DNA from: Clostridia bacterium | GTDB lineage: Bacteria; Bacillota; Clostridia; Christensenellales; CAG-138 | Assembly: GCA_030527165.1 (NCBI GenBank) | Contig: JAUNBH010000002.1 | Location: forward strand, 22,243 to 86,242 | DNA: 64,000 nucleotides | Reading direction: 5' to 3' | Shown here: positions 1 to 10,761 of the stretch, one piece after another | How positions within the stretch are numbered: the stretch's first letter is position 1 | How the letters are laid out: each line of letters starts with the position of its first letter | Notes under the pieces: generated by a model | Told to the model about the DNA's origin: nothing | Databases searched by the model: none | The model's input: the letters and a program-made list of their open reading frames with translations, nothing else | Position numbers and translations under genes: made by a program

Positions 1-464
1 GCGACCTAACTGTGGAGCAGATAGCCGCCATATATACCGGGGAGATAGTCAACTGGAGCGCGTTGGGCGGAGCAGATGCGCAGATAGTGGTCATAGGCCG
101 CGAAGCCGGCAGCGGCACGCGCGACGGTTTTGAGAGCATAACCGGCACCGAGGATAGCTGCGTGTACAGGCAGGAGCTCGCATCCACGGGCGACGTCGTG
201 TCGACGGTTTCCGCAAATCCGGCGGCGATAGGCTATTGTTCACTCGCGTCCGTGAAATCCAACGTGGCGGCGGTCAGCGTTGACGGCACGGCCCCGAGCG
301 AGGGAGCGGTGCAATCGGGCGAGTATGCGCTCAAGCGTCCGTACATGCTGATAACGCGCTCCGGCGAGGAGTTGTCGGCGCACGCGGCGCTGTTCATGCA
401 GTTTGCGACGTCCGGCGAGGCTTCGGGCATAATATCCGCGCAGGGCGCGATTCCGGTGGCATGA
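1..464 (+). CDS. pstS: Phosphate ABC transporter substrate-binding protein PstS, C-terminal part (5' end lies outside the window)
   Basis: The frame is open to the left edge (…DLTVEQIAAIYTGEIVNWS…GSGTRDGF…AIGYCSLA). It has a PstS-like PBP sequence and sits directly upstream of pstC-pstA-pstB-phoU. Confidence 0.8.
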   Translation, partial: DLTVEQIAAIYTGEIVNWSALGGADAQIVVIGREAGSGTRDGFESITGTEDSCVYRQELASTGDVVSTVSANPAAIGYCSLASVKSNVAAVSVDGTAPSEGAVQSGEYALKRPYMLITRSGEELSAHAALFMQFATSGEASGIISAQGAIPVA

Positions 465-495
465 GGGCGGCGCACGTTTGCGGCGGAGGTGAAGC

Positions 496-1386
496 ATGAA
501 GGCTAAGGCGGGTGCAAAGAGAGCGGTTGAGGACATTGTGCACGGCGTGTTCCTGTTCTTGGGGCTCGTCGCCGTCGGCTTCGTGCTCCTGATAACGGTC
601 TACCTGGTGGTATCCGGCCTGCCCGCGATATGCGAGATAGGCCTCGCAGAGTTCCTGTTCGGCGATGAGTGGCTGCCGACTGCGTCTGCGCGGTCACCGG
701 AGTACGGCATATTGCCCTTTATACTGACGTCGGTGTACGGCACTGCGGGTGCGATTGCCATAGGCGTGCCGGTTGGCGTCCTGACGGCCGTGTTCCTGTC
801 GAAGCTCGCACCGCGCCGGTTGAGGCGGGCTGTCGAACCCGCCATAGGGCTGCTCGCGGGGATACCCTCCGTCGTGTACGGTCTCGTGGGAATGCTGCTG
901 CTGGTACCGGCCATACGCGTGGCGTTCGACATACCTGACGGCTCTGGGCTGTTGGCGGCGATAATCGTGCTGGCAGTTATGATACTGCCGTCGATAATCA
1001 AGGTTTCAATGACTGCGCTGGACGCGGTGCCGAGGGAATACGAGGACGCCTCGCTGGCGCTGGGCGCGACTTCCGTAGAGACATACTTCAGGGTATCCGT
1101 CCCCGCCGCGAAGAGCGGTATAGCCGCGTCGGTGGTGCTCGGCGTGGGCAGGGCGATAGGCGAGGCCATGGCGGTCATGATGGTGTCGGGCAACTCGCCG
1201 AACATGCCTTCGCTCTTTCAGAGCGTGCGATTCCTGACGACGGCGGTGGCGGGCGAAATGGCATATGCGGAAGGTCTGCACAGGCAGGCGCTGTTCTCCA
1301 TAGCGCTGGTGCTGTTCTTGTTCATAATGCTCATAAATGCCACGCTGAATTTCGTGCTCAAGCGCAAAAAGGAGGGCAGCCGATGA
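496..1386 (+). CDS. pstC: Phosphate ABC transporter permease PstC
   Basis: Polytopic membrane protein with an EAA-like loop (…GRAIGEAMAV…). Its position and order in the pst operon fit, and its stop overlaps the next start (ATGA at 1383). Confidence 0.85.
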   Translation: MKAKAGAKRAVEDIVHGVFLFLGLVAVGFVLLITVYLVVSGLPAICEIGLAEFLFGDEWLPTASARSPEYGILPFILTSVYGTAGAIAIGVPVGVLTAVFLSKLAPRRLRRAVEPAIGLLAGIPSVVYGLVGMLLLVPAIRVAFDIPDGSGLLAAIIVLAVMILPSIIKVSMTALDAVPREYEDASLALGATSVETYFRVSVPAAKSGIAASVVLGVGRAIGEAMAVMMVSGNSPNMPSLFQSVRFLTTAVAGEMAYAEGLHRQALFSIALVLFLFIMLINATLNFVLKRKKEGSR

Positions 1387-2243
1387 ACTCGAAACGGATA
1401 TCACTAAAGCGCAGCGCGTACGGCTTCGCCATGAAGGCGCTCATGACGGGTGCGGCCGTAATAACGGTAGGACTGCTGTTGCTCATAGTTGCGTATGTGC
1501 TATACAGGGGTTTGCCGGGCATAACCTGGGAGCTGCTGTCCACCTCGCCGAGTTACCTTACCGACAGGATAGGAATACTCCCCGATATACTCAACACGCT
1601 CTATGTAATAATAGCAGCGGTGGTTATAGTGCTGCCGCTGGGCGTGGGCGCGGCAATATATCTCAACGAGTACGCCAGGAACAGGCGGATAGTGGCGATG
1701 ATAGAGTTTGCGACGGAAACGCTCGCCGGCATACCGTCCATAATCTATGGTCTGGTGGGAATGCTGTTGTTCTGTCAGTTTATGGGCCTCGGCACATCGC
1801 TCTTGGCGGGCGCTCTCACGCTGTCTGTAATGAACCTGCCGACTATAATCAGGACGACGCAGGAGAGCCTAAAGACCGTGCCGCAGAGCTACCGCGAGGG
1901 CGCCTTCGGGCTCGGCGCGGGGAAGTGGCGCGTAATCCGTACGGTAGTGCTTCCCGGCGCGCGGGACGGCATCGTGGCGGGCTGCATACTGTCCATAGGC
2001 AGGATAATGGGCGAGTCGGCGGCGCTGCTGTTTACGGCGGGTTTCGCCCACACGTTAAACGGATTTTTCAGCGGACTGTCGAGTTCGGGAGCGACGCTCA
2101 CCGTAGCGCTTTACGTCTACGCAAAGGAGCATGGGGAATTTGAAGTGGCGTTCGCCATCGCGGCGATACTGATGATAATGACGCTGGCGATAAACCTATT
2201 GGCTTCGCATGCGTCAAAGCGCCTTGGAAGGAGAGAGCTATGA
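1383..2243 (+). CDS. pstA: Phosphate ABC transporter permease PstA
   Basis: Second permease of the operon (…[17 protein letters not shown]…). It overlaps both neighbouring genes by 4 nt. Confidence 0.85.
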   Translation: MNSKRISLKRSAYGFAMKALMTGAAVITVGLLLLIVAYVLYRGLPGITWELLSTSPSYLTDRIGILPDILNTLYVIIAAVVIVLPLGVGAAIYLNEYARNRRIVAMIEFATETLAGIPSIIYGLVGMLLFCQFMGLGTSLLAGALTLSVMNLPTIIRTTQESLKTVPQSYREGAFGLGAGKWRVIRTVVLPGARDGIVAGCILSIGRIMGESAALLFTAGFAHTLNGFFSGLSSSGATLTVALYVYAKEHGEFEVAFAIAAILMIMTLAINLLASHASKRLGRREL

Positions 2244-2992
2244 GCATAATCAAGGTTGAAGGACTTAATCTCTGGTACGGGCAGACGCAGGCGCTGCGCG
2301 ATGTGACGATAGACCTGCCCGCCAACAACATAATCGCGCTGATAGGGCCGTCCGGCTGCGGGAAATCAACATTCCTAAAGACGCTCAACCGCATGAACGA
2401 CCTGATAGAGGGCGTGCGAATCGAGGGCAAAGTCGAATACGGCGGCGCGAGCATATTCGACCCGTCTCGCGACGTCACCGAGCTCAGGCGCGACATAGGC
2501 ATGGTATTTCAAAAGCCCAACCCGTTTCCCATGAGCGTGTACGACAACGTGGCGTACGGGCCGAGGACACACGGCGTGACGGCAAAGGCGAGGTTGGACG
2601 ACATAGTGGAGCGCTCACTGAAGGATGCGGCTATCTGGGATGAGGTAAAGGACAGGCTCAAGAAATCCGCGCTCAGCCTGTCCGGCGGTCAGCAGCAGAG
2701 GCTGTGCATAGCCCGTGCGCTCGCCGTGGAGCCCAAGGTGCTGCTGATGGATGAGCCCACGAGCGCACTCGACCCGATATCCACATCGAAAATAGAGGAC
2801 CTTGCGCTTGAACTCAAGAAGAAATACACTATAGTGGTAGTGACGCACAACATGCAGCAGGCGCTGAGAATATCGGACAAGACGGCCTTCTTCCTGCTGG
2901 GGGAGTTGATAGAGTATGACGACACCGAGCGGTTGTTCTCGCAGCCGCGGGAAAAGCGCACGGAGGACTACATAACGGGGAGGTTTGGGTGA
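2240..2992 (+). CDS. pstB: Phosphate ABC transporter ATP-binding protein PstB
   Basis: Walker [10 protein letters not shown], signature LSGGQQQRL and Walker [12 protein letters not shown] are present, and the C-terminus …EDYITGRFG is typical of PstB. Confidence 0.92.
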   Translation: MSIIKVEGLNLWYGQTQALRDVTIDLPANNIIALIGPSGCGKSTFLKTLNRMNDLIEGVRIEGKVEYGGASIFDPSRDVTELRRDIGMVFQKPNPFPMSVYDNVAYGPRTHGVTAKARLDDIVERSLKDAAIWDEVKDRLKKSALSLSGGQQQRLCIARALAVEPKVLLMDEPTSALDPISTSKIEDLALELKKKYTIVVVTHNMQQALRISDKTAFFLLGELIEYDDTERLFSQPREKRTEDYITGRFG

Positions 2993-3642
2993 TGAGAAAC
3001 AGGCTTGACAGGCAGCTTTCGCAGCTCAACAGGGAGCTGATAACCATGGGTTCCATGTGCGAGGAAGTCATTTCGCTGGCGGCGAGCGCGCTGGTCAACG
3101 GCGATTTGAGCATTGCGCGGCGTGTGGCGCCGCTCGAGCGCGATATAGACCAGAAGGAGCGGGATATAGAGGCCCTGTGCCTGAAGCTGCTGCTGCAGCA
3201 GCAGCCTGTGGCGCACGACCTCCGGCAAATATCTGCGGCGCTCAAGATGATAACGGACATGGAGCGCATAGGCGACCAGGCGGCGGACATAGCCGAGATA
3301 ATAGAGTTTGTAAGCGCGCGGCAGAGCGAGCAGTGCAGGCACATAGGCGGCATGGCGGACGCGACCATGCGCATGGTGACCGAGAGCGTGGATGCGTACG
3401 TCAAGCGCGACCTGGAACTGGCGCGAAAGGTGATAGCGGACGATGACGCAGTGGACGACCTGTTTCTCAAGGTCAAGGGCGAGCTGATAGACATAGTTGC
3501 GCGGAATCCCGAGGAGGGCGAGTATGCGCTGGATCTGCTCATGATAGCGAAGTACTTCGAGCGCATTGGCGATCACGCGGTCAACCTGGCGGAGTGGGTA
3601 GTATTCTCTGTTACGGGCGCGCATGTAGGGGGCGAAGCATGA
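2989..3642 (+). CDS. phoU: Phosphate signalling complex protein PhoU
   Basis: Duplicated PhoU helical repeats with (E/D)xxxD motifs ([13 protein letters not shown] / [13 protein letters not shown]). It follows pstB. Confidence 0.9.
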   Translation: MMRNRLDRQLSQLNRELITMGSMCEEVISLAASALVNGDLSIARRVAPLERDIDQKERDIEALCLKLLLQQQPVAHDLRQISAALKMITDMERIGDQAADIAEIIEFVSARQSEQCRHIGGMADATMRMVTESVDAYVKRDLELARKVIADDDAVDDLFLKVKGELIDIVARNPEEGEYALDLLMIAKYFERIGDHAVNLAEWVVFSVTGAHVGGEA

Positions 3643-4319
3643 TTTACTGCGTAGAAGACGATGCCGGCGTGCGCGAGATGGAGGTGTACACGCTGCGTTC
3701 CATGGGCTTCGAGGCAGACGGCTTTGCCGATGGGGAGGCGTTTTTCGCCGCGTTGGGCGTGCGCCTGCCGGAGTTGGTATTGTTGGATGTGATGCTCCCG
3801 GGCGAGGATGGCGTATCCCTGCTCAAGAGGCTAAAGAGCCATCAGGCGACCCGGTCCATACCCGTGATAATGGCCACAGCGCGCGGCGCGGAGTACGAGA
3901 AGGTGCAGAGCCTCGACTTAGGTGCGGACGATTACCTCGTAAAGCCCTTCGGAATGATGGAAATGGTATCCCGTGTGCGGGCAGTGCTCAGGCGCAGTGC
4001 CGCCGCGCCGCGCGACGTGTTGCGCGCGGGCGGCATAGAGCTCGATGCGGAGCGGCACATGGTGCGAGCTCTGGGCGAACGCGTCGAACTGACTCTCAAG
4101 GAGTATGAATTGCTGCGCGCGCTGATGGCGCGCGAGGGAATGGTATTCACGCGGGACGCGCTGCTCAAGGAGGTATGGGGTGTGGATTATTGCGGCGAAT
4201 CACGTACGGTGGATGTCCACATACGCACCTTGAGGCAGAAGCTGGGCAAGTGCGGCGAGCAGATAATGACGGTGCGCGGAGTGGGCTACAAGCTGGAGAG
4301 CGAAGGCTATGACGAGTAG
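3639..4319 (+). CDS. OmpR/PhoB-family response regulator (PhoP/PhoB-like)
   Basis: Receiver domain (…LVLLDVMLPGEDG…, …DDYLVKPF…) plus a winged-helix C-terminus (…RTVDVHIRTLRQKL…VRGVGYKL). I chose the ATG at 3639, which overlaps the phoU stop (ATGA), over the track start at 3594. Confidence 0.85.
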   Translation: MIYCVEDDAGVREMEVYTLRSMGFEADGFADGEAFFAALGVRLPELVLLDVMLPGEDGVSLLKRLKSHQATRSIPVIMATARGAEYEKVQSLDLGADDYLVKPFGMMEMVSRVRAVLRRSAAAPRDVLRAGGIELDAERHMVRALGERVELTLKEYELLRALMAREGMVFTRDALLKEVWGVDYCGESRTVDVHIRTLRQKLGKCGEQIMTVRGVGYKLESEGYDE

Positions 4320-5967
4320 GGTGTTCAAATCCATACTGCTGGCGACTGTAATTGTGCTCGCGGCAAGTTTTATCATTGTTGCCGGAATACTCAGCGAGTA
4401 CTTCTTTGTGTCGCAGGAGAGGCAGCTTTCTACCGAGCTGGAACTCGCGGCGAGAGGGGTCGAGCTGCAGGGCATGGAGTACTTGAGTGAGCTGGATGCG
4501 GAGGGCTGCAGGCTGACGCTCATAGCCGCCGACGGGACGGTGCTGTACGACACCGACGCGGACGCCGCACAGATGGAGAACCATTCCGAGCGGGAGGAGT
4601 TCATAGAGGCGCTTGCGGCGGGCGTGGGCGAGGGCAGGCGCGTGTCCTCCACCATGGCTTCCGAAACGATATATCGAGCGAAGCGGTTGGGGGACGGTTC
4701 TGTGCTGCGAATAGCCGTCACGCGCAATTCGGGCGCCGCGATAGCGCTGGGAATGCTTCAGCCCTTGGTCGTAGTGCTCGCGGTGGCGATAATCCTGAGC
4801 GCCTGCCTGGCGAGCAGCTTTTCCAAGCGCGTCGTCGCGCCGCTCAATGAAATAGACCTGGACAACCCGCTGGATGCGGACGTGTACAAGGAGTTGTCGC
4901 CCCTGCTGGTGCGGATAGAGCGGCAGCACAGGCAGATAGAGGCGCAGGTGTCGGAGCTGGAGCGCAAGCGGCGCGAGCTGAACATGGTCACGGAGAACAT
5001 GAGCCAGGGCCTGCTGCTGCTCAACGGCGCGGGCGAGGTAATAAGCATAAATACCGCCGCCGCGGCAATATTCGGTGTGACGGCGAACTGCCTGGGCGGG
5101 GATGTGTTGGAAGTGGACAGGAGCTCCGGCGTGCGGCGCATAGTGACGGAAGCGCTCGCCGGCAGGCATGCGGAGTGCATACACGAGCTCAACTCGACGC
5201 CATATCAAATATCCGCCAGCCCGGTGACTTCAGAGGGCAGCGTGACGGGCGTAGTGCTGTTGGTTGTAGACATAACCGAGAAGGAGCGGGCGGAGAAGCT
5301 GCGCCGCGAGTTCTCCGCCAACGTATCCCACGAGCTAAAGACGCCGCTGCATACCGTAATGGGCACGGCCGAGATAATTGAGAATGGCCTGGCGCGACCG
5401 GAGGACGTAGCGCGCTTTGCGGGCCGCATACGCACGGAGGCAGCGCGGCTTGTGAACCTCATAGACGACATAATCCGCCTGTCGCGGCTCGACGAGGGAG
5501 TTGCGCCCGCAATGGAGAGCGTAGACCTGGCTGCAGTCGCCCGTGAGACGCTTGCGGCGCTCGTCCCGCAGGCGGAGGAGAAGGGCGTGGAACTGCGAAG
5601 CTCGCTCGCCTCCGTGCAGACGCGCGGGGAGCGCAGGCTTATCATGGAGATTGCGCACAACCTGTGCGACAATGCCATTAAGTACAATCGCCCCGGCGGA
5701 AGCGTAGATGTGCGCGTGAGGGACGATGGTGGATGCGCGGTGCTCGAGGTGAGCGATACGGGCATAGGCATACCCGAGGAGCACAGGCAGCGCGTGTTCG
5801 AGCGTTTTTACAGGGTAGACAAGAGTCACTCGCGGGACACCGGCGGCACGGGGCTGGGGCTGTCAATAGTTAAACATGCCGCCATGGTATTGGGCGCGCA
5901 GGTAGAGTTGCGCAGCGAAGTGGGGCAGGGCACCGCGGTAATCGTTCGCTTCCCGCATGAGGCTTGA
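4309..5967 (+). CDS. Sensor histidine kinase (PhoR-like)
   Basis: N-terminal TM segments, H-box SHELKTPL, N-box DNAIKYN, and G-boxes DTGIGI / GGTGLGLSIV. It overlaps the end of the regulator gene. Confidence 0.85.
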   Translation: MTSRVFKSILLATVIVLAASFIIVAGILSEYFFVSQERQLSTELELAARGVELQGMEYLSELDAEGCRLTLIAADGTVLYDTDADAAQMENHSEREEFIEALAAGVGEGRRVSSTMASETIYRAKRLGDGSVLRIAVTRNSGAAIALGMLQPLVVVLAVAIILSACLASSFSKRVVAPLNEIDLDNPLDADVYKELSPLLVRIERQHRQIEAQVSELERKRRELNMVTENMSQGLLLLNGAGEVISINTAAAAIFGVTANCLGGDVLEVDRSSGVRRIVTEALAGRHAECIHELNSTPYQISASPVTSEGSVTGVVLLVVDITEKERAEKLRREFSANVSHELKTPLHTVMGTAEIIENGLARPEDVARFAGRIRTEAARLVNLIDDIIRLSRLDEGVAPAMESVDLAAVARETLAALVPQAEEKGVELRSSLASVQTRGERRLIMEIAHNLCDNAIKYNRPGGSVDVRVRDDGGCAVLEVSDTGIGIPEEHRQRVFERFYRVDKSHSRDTGGTGLGLSIVKHAAMVLGAQVELRSEVGQGTAVIVRFPHEA

Positions 5968-5990
5968 CGCCTCGGGGAGGCTAATGCTAA

Positions 5991-6027
5991 ACACCGGACG
6001 AAGGTATCTCTTTCGTCCGGTGTTTCT
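5991..6027. terminator. Intrinsic terminator between the convergent pho and pyr operons, possibly bidirectional
   Basis: A 12-bp perfect stem ACACCGGACGAA / TTCGTCCGGTGT with a 9-nt loop, flanked by AA…TT and followed by TTCT. Confidence 0.7.
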
Positions 6028-6127
6028 ACGCCATACGGGGATTCCGCGTGAAGTCCTGTCGACAAGCGGGGAAGTGCGCCTTCATGCGACCGCGGCAAAC
6101 GACTGGAGCGTTACCTGCGCTGTAGGG

Positions 6128-6712
6128 CTATTTCAGCGGGAGCTTTCGGCTGCCGGGCTTGACGAGCGGCAGCTTGCCGTCACGGCAAAGCGGGCAGTCG
6201 TCCGCGTCGTATGTGGATATGTTGAGCTTCACTGCGCTGTACACGGGGAATGGCAGCTCGCAGTCGTCGCCGCGCCTGTCGGCGATGCAGGCTACCGCCA
6301 CCACTTCCGCTCCCATGGACTCGAGTAGGCGCACAGTCTCCATGGTGGACTTACCCGTGGTCACGACGTCCTCCGATATGAGTATGCGATCGGAACTGTC
6401 AACGCCGAATCCCCTTCTAAGCTGCATCTCGCCGTCGACGCGCTCTGTGAATATGCTCTCGATGCCGAGTTGGCGCGCGAGCTCATATGAAACGACTATA
6501 CCACCCATGGCGGGGCCGCATACCTTGCTGACGCCAAGTGCGCGCAGCGCTTCCGCCACGTCGCGCAGCGCCTCCGCCGCCATGTCCGGATACCTTAGCA
6601 GCTTTGCACATTGGCAGTAGCCGCCGCTGTGCCTGCCGCTCGAGAGCAAAAAGTGCCCCTCCAAAAACGCCTCGCTGCGCTTCAGCAGCTCAAGTGTTCT
6701 CTCCTGTGACAT
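6128..6712 (-). CDS. pyrE: Orotate phosphoribosyltransferase
   Basis: PRPP-binding loop ILISEDVVTTGKS. It is the last gene of the pyr string. Confidence 0.9.
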   Translation of the reverse strand: MSQERTLELLKRSEAFLEGHFLLSSGRHSGGYCQCAKLLRYPDMAAEALRDVAEALRALGVSKVCGPAMGGIVVSYELARQLGIESIFTERVDGEMQLRRGFGVDSSDRILISEDVVTTGKSTMETVRLLESMGAEVVAVACIADRRGDDCELPFPVYSAVKLNISTYDADDCPLCRDGKLPLVKPGSRKLPLK

Positions 6713-6722
6713 ACAGACCTCC

Positions 6723-7628
6723 TTATACTATTCCGCATATTTCGCCTATGTTGCTCAGGCGGTTGCGCACGCAGTAGTCGCGCAAGCCGTCAATTATCCG
6801 CGCTACGCAGGTGTAGTCCGAGAATATCGCCGCGCCCACCTGGACGGCGCGCGCGCCCGCCATGATGAAGGCCAGCGCGTCCTCGCAGGAGGCTATGCCG
6901 CCCATCCCGATGACGGGTATGTCGACCGAGTGCGCCACCTGATGCACCAGCCTCAGCGCAATTGGCCGTATTGCCGGCCCGGAGAGTCCGGCGTACACGT
7001 TGTCAAAGAAGGGTTTGCGTGCATTTAGGTCTATCGCCATGCCGAGGAATGTGTTTACGAGCGAGAGCGCATCTGCACCGGCTGACGCGCATGCCCGCGC
7101 GACCGCAACGACGTCGGGCGCGTTTGGCGTCAGCTTGACGACGAGCGGAAAACGCGTTATGTCCTTAACTTTACGGGTTACGTCAAACGCGTCATGCACA
7201 TTCATGCCAAACGCCATGCCGCCCTGCCGGACATTGGGGCAGGAGATGTTGAGCTCGAGCAAATCTATATCGGCGTCGTTTAGCAGCCGTGCGCCCTCCG
7301 TGTAGTCTTGCTCGCAGTGCCCGCCCAGGTTGGCTATAACGGCGCAGCCGTGCGAACGCATCTGCGCGCAGTCGACTTCGACGAAGTGCTTTACACCGTT
7401 GTTTTGCAACCCTATGCTGTTGAGCATGCCGGAGGGGGTTTCGCATATCCGCTCGCCGCGATTGCCTGCGCTGCCGGAGAGCGTCAATCCCTTGCCCGCA
7501 ATGCCGCCCAGTATGGACACGTCGAACAGCTCGTTGTACTCCGCGCCGTAGCCGAATACGCCCGAGGCGGCGATTACGGGGTTCTTGAGCTCTACGCCGC
7601 ATATGTTCGTCAGCAGCGGGTTATTCAT
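6723..7628 (-). CDS. pyrD: Dihydroorotate dehydrogenase, class 1B catalytic subunit
   Basis: MNNPLLTNICGVELKNPVIAASG…NISCPN…GIGGI pattern. I set the start at the ATG at 7628, which overlaps the pyrK stop. The 42-codon upstream extension in the track is Arg/Ala-rich noise. Confidence 0.88.
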   Translation of the reverse strand: MNNPLLTNICGVELKNPVIAASGVFGYGAEYNELFDVSILGGIAGKGLTLSGSAGNRGERICETPSGMLNSIGLQNNGVKHFVEVDCAQMRSHGCAVIANLGGHCEQDYTEGARLLNDADIDLLELNISCPNVRQGGMAFGMNVHDAFDVTRKVKDITRFPLVVKLTPNAPDVVAVARACASAGADALSLVNTFLGMAIDLNARKPFFDNVYAGLSGPAIRPIALRLVHQVAHSVDIPVIGMGGIASCEDALAFIMAGARAVQVGAAIFSDYTCVARIIDGLRDYCVRNRLSNIGEICGIV

Positions 7629-8340
7629 GGTACACCTCCCGAGAGTCGAACACGGGGCCGTCCTTACACGCCCTCTGCGGGCCGCTGCCGGTGTGGCACA
7701 CGCAGCCGAGGCACGCGCCCACGCCGCACGCCATGCGCTTGTCGAGGGACACATAGAGTAGCGCGCCGCGCTCGCTCGCGCGCCTGTGCGCGTCCGCCAT
7801 CATGGGGTCGGGGCCGCAGGCGATATAGGTCGCGTCGAGAGTGTAGTTGACGTCGGCGGTTATAAACCCGCCTATATTCAGCACGGTAGAGTCCGACACG
7901 TGCCGCATGGCCTCCGCCATGAACTCGGCGGAGGGACACTCGCGCGAAAAGCCTATATACGCGTCAATGCGCCTGTCCGGCATCCTCTCCCGGAGCCTGC
8001 GGGCGTAGTAGTACAGCGGTGCCGCGCCGGCAGCTCCGCCTATGAGCACTACATCCCCGTCGACGTCGGGGAAGCCGTTGCCAAACGGCCCCGTAACGTC
8101 TATGTGCGCACCCACTGCCGCGCGGCTCAGCATGCGCGTGCCCTCGCCAACTATGTCTATGTAGTAGCGCACGCGGTCGCCCTCTGCGTCGAATATGCTT
8201 ATCGGCCTGCCCAGGAACGGCGCGGTGGAGGCGCCGGGCTTTATCATGTAGAACTGACCCGGCGCGCCCGGAGTAACGCCGCTAAGCTCCAGGAGGAACG
8301 TAGATGCGTCGAGTATGCGTACTTCGCTTATTACAGCCAC
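7621..8340 (-). CDS. pyrK: Dihydroorotate dehydrogenase electron-transfer subunit (FAD/2Fe-2S)
   Basis: C-terminal 2Fe-2S ligands CGVGACLGCVC and a ferredoxin-reductase-like body. I set the start at the GTG at 8340, which overlaps the pyrF stop. Confidence 0.85.
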   Translation of the reverse strand: MAVISEVRILDASTFLLELSGVTPGAPGQFYMIKPGASTAPFLGRPISIFDAEGDRVRYYIDIVGEGTRMLSRAAVGAHIDVTGPFGNGFPDVDGDVVLIGGAAGAAPLYYYARRLRERMPDRRIDAYIGFSRECPSAEFMAEAMRHVSDSTVLNIGGFITADVNYTLDATYIACGPDPMMADAHRRASERGALLYVSLDKRMACGVGACLGCVCHTGSGPQRACKDGPVFDSREVYHE

Positions 8341-9182
8341 GCAGCTATGTCCTCCTTCATCCGCACCACGGCGGCCCTGGCGTGCTCCGCGAAATCCGCG
8401 CCCTCCGCCTTGCCCTTGTGGGCGGTGATGATTCCCCTGGACGAATTGACTACGCCGCAAATGCCGTGCCTAAAGAACTGAGCTATGTCCTTCCCCGTGC
8501 CGCCCTGCGCCCCGTAGCCGGGTATCAGGAAGAAGGTGTTCGGCATCAGTTTGCGTATGACGTCGAATTGCTCGGGATATGTGCAGCCCACTACCGCGCC
8601 TATTGCGGAGTAGCCGCTCTCGCCTATGTACGGCGCGCCCCAGCGCGAAACGGCGCTCGCCACCTCCTCGTAGAGCGCGCCGGCTTCGGTGCGCTTATCC
8701 TGAAAGTCGACGCTGGAGGCGTTGGACGTCTTTACGAGTACGAAGAGTCCCTTGCCGCGCTCCAGATACGGGTAGTACGGTGAAACCGCATCCTCGCCCA
8801 TGTAGGCGTTAACTGTCATTATGTCGGTCTCAAAGTCGCCGGTAAAGTGGCCCTGCGCGTACTCCGCGGCGGTGGAGGATATGTCGCCGCGCTTGACGTC
8901 GGATATTACCACCGCGCCCTTGCCGCGAGCGTAGGCGACGGTGCGCGCAAACGCACGCAGTCCGGCGAGGCCCAACGCCTCATAGCAGGCTATCTGCACC
9001 TTAAAGCAGCCTGCGATGTCCGCGGTGGCGTCGATTATCCGCGTGTTAAACTCAAGCAGTTTGTCTTCAAGGCTCATGTCGCCGTCCTTGAGGTATTGCG
9101 GCAGGTAGCCGTACCTCGTGTCGAGACCGACGCAAACAGGGCTCTTGTCGAGCGCGTTTCTATACAGTTTGTCCATAATCAT
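8331..9182 (-). CDS. pyrF: Orotidine-5'-phosphate decarboxylase (long, type 2 form)
   Basis: …VCVGLDTRY…VISDVKRGDI…VNAYMG… pattern, and its position in the pyr operon. Confidence 0.85.
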   Translation of the reverse strand: MIMDKLYRNALDKSPVCVGLDTRYGYLPQYLKDGDMSLEDKLLEFNTRIIDATADIAGCFKVQIACYEALGLAGLRAFARTVAYARGKGAVVISDVKRGDISSTAAEYAQGHFTGDFETDIMTVNAYMGEDAVSPYYPYLERGKGLFVLVKTSNASSVDFQDKRTEAGALYEEVASAVSRWGAPYIGESGYSAIGAVVGCTYPEQFDVIRKLMPNTFFLIPGYGAQGGTGKDIAQFFRHGICGVVNSSRGIITAHKGKAEGADFAEHARAAVVRMKEDIAAWL

Positions 9183-10326
9183 AGCGTATTTCTCCTTCCA
9201 CTATCGTCATGAGCGCTTTGCCGCGCAGTTGCGCCCCGCCAAAGGGCGTATTGCGGGAGCGCGACAGCATGTGTTCGGGTTCGAGCTCCCATTGGGCGTC
9301 GGGATCGAAAACCACGACGTCGGCGTTGCAGCCAGCGGCGAGCCTGCCGCCGTTCACGTTGAGCCTTAGCGAGGGGTTGTACGCGCCGAGACGGCTCAGC
9401 AGGCTCAATGAAAGCCCCGCCTCTGCGAATTTCGTCCAGTACATGCTCAGCGCGTATTCTATGTTTGATATGCCGGCGAGACCGTCCAGCTTGTCCTGCG
9501 GCGTGTGCGGCGCGTGGTCCGTAGCCAGGCAGTCAACAGTGCCGTCCGCTATTCCCGCGAGCAGCGCCTCGGTATCCGCCTTGGTGCGCAGCGGGGGGTT
9601 GACTCTGTATGGAGAGTCGCAGCCGAACAGGTGATGAGGCGTAACCTCGCACGTCAGCTTCAGTCCGGAGCGCTTGGCGGCGCGAATCATGTCCACGGTC
9701 TCCGCGCGGCTTATGTGACCGACGTGGAGATCTCCTCCGACGCGCTCGAGCAGGCGCAAGTCGCGCTCGACCGTCCTGCGCTCCGGCTGGCAGTGAGTGC
9801 TTATGAAGAAGCCGTACTCAGCCGAGTCCATGAGCAGCCGTTCCATGAACGCGTCGTCGAATATGGTGTTGCCGTCGTTTGAGAGCACCGGCGTAACTTC
9901 GCTCAGGGCGGCGCGGTCTGTCGGCTGGACGTCGCTCAATCCATGCCCTGCCGCCGCAGCCTGAAACAGTCTGCACAGGCGCAGCTCAGAGGCCTTCTCG
10001 ATGTTCTTAAGCACCTGCGCAGGGCTCGTAATCACGGGAGCCGTGTTCGCCATGGCGGTGAGAGTCGCGTACCCTCCGGCGAGGGCGGCGCGCATTCCGG
10101 TCTCCATCGTCTCCTTGGCGGGAAAACCGGGGTCTCGGAGGTGGCAGTGCAAGTCGCACAGCGCGGGCATGACGACCATACCCCGCGCGTCAATTACACT
10201 GTCGAAGCCATCGGCGCGAATGTCGCCGCCGACTTGGGCAATGCGTCCGTCGGCAATGGAGACGGAGCCGCGCGCATCCGAAAACGCGTCCACAAGCCGG
10301 GCGTTTGTTATGAGCAGGCTGCTCAC
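9160..10326 (-). CDS. pyrC: Dihydroorotase
   Basis: Metal-binding HCHLRDPG motif and the …ATDHAPH… motif. It overlaps the pyrF start. Confidence 0.88.
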   Translation of the reverse strand: MSSLLITNARLVDAFSDARGSVSIADGRIAQVGGDIRADGFDSVIDARGMVVMPALCDLHCHLRDPGFPAKETMETGMRAALAGGYATLTAMANTAPVITSPAQVLKNIEKASELRLCRLFQAAAAGHGLSDVQPTDRAALSEVTPVLSNDGNTIFDDAFMERLLMDSAEYGFFISTHCQPERRTVERDLRLLERVGGDLHVGHISRAETVDMIRAAKRSGLKLTCEVTPHHLFGCDSPYRVNPPLRTKADTEALLAGIADGTVDCLATDHAPHTPQDKLDGLAGISNIEYALSMYWTKFAEAGLSLSLLSRLGAYNPSLRLNVNGGRLAAGCNADVVVFDPDAQWELEPEHMLSRSRNTPFGGAQLRGKALMTIVEGEIRYDYGQTV

Positions 10327-10745
10327 AGCCGCGTCCTCGCCTCGCAGTACTCGCAGGCGTATTCCTTTTTAGCTTCGTCCACCAGGTCGAAAGTCACGCT
10401 GTCTATGTGCTCGATATTGGATATACAGCGCGGATTCTTGCACGTCAGTATGCCCTCGACCCGCTGCGGGAGCGTGGGCTTCGTCTTATCCACGCACACT
10501 CCGTCCTGGATGTAGGACACAGTGATTCCCGGGTCGATCAGGCCGAGCACTGTGAAGTCCAACGGCAGGTCAGTCTCAATCTTTATGAGGTCTTTTTTAC
10601 CAAGCTTGCTGCTCTGTACGTTGCGCATCAGCACTACCACGTCGTCGAGCGTGTCGAGGTGCAGCTGCCGGAACAGCTTATAACCGTATCCGGCGGTTAT
10701 GTGGTCTATGACGATTCCCTTCTTCAGCTTAGATACGTTGATCAT
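10323..10745 (-). CDS. pyrI: Aspartate carbamoyltransferase regulatory subunit
   Basis: Zn-domain cysteines CKNPRC…CEYC and an N-terminal allosteric domain. It is adjacent to pyrB. Confidence 0.88.
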   Translation of the reverse strand: MINVSKLKKGIVIDHITAGYGYKLFRQLHLDTLDDVVVLMRNVQSSKLGKKDLIKIETDLPLDFTVLGLIDPGITVSYIQDGVCVDKTKPTLPQRVEGILTCKNPRCISNIEHIDSVTFDLVDEAKKEYACEYCEARTRL

Positions 10746-10761
10746 TTTGCAACCTCCTGAT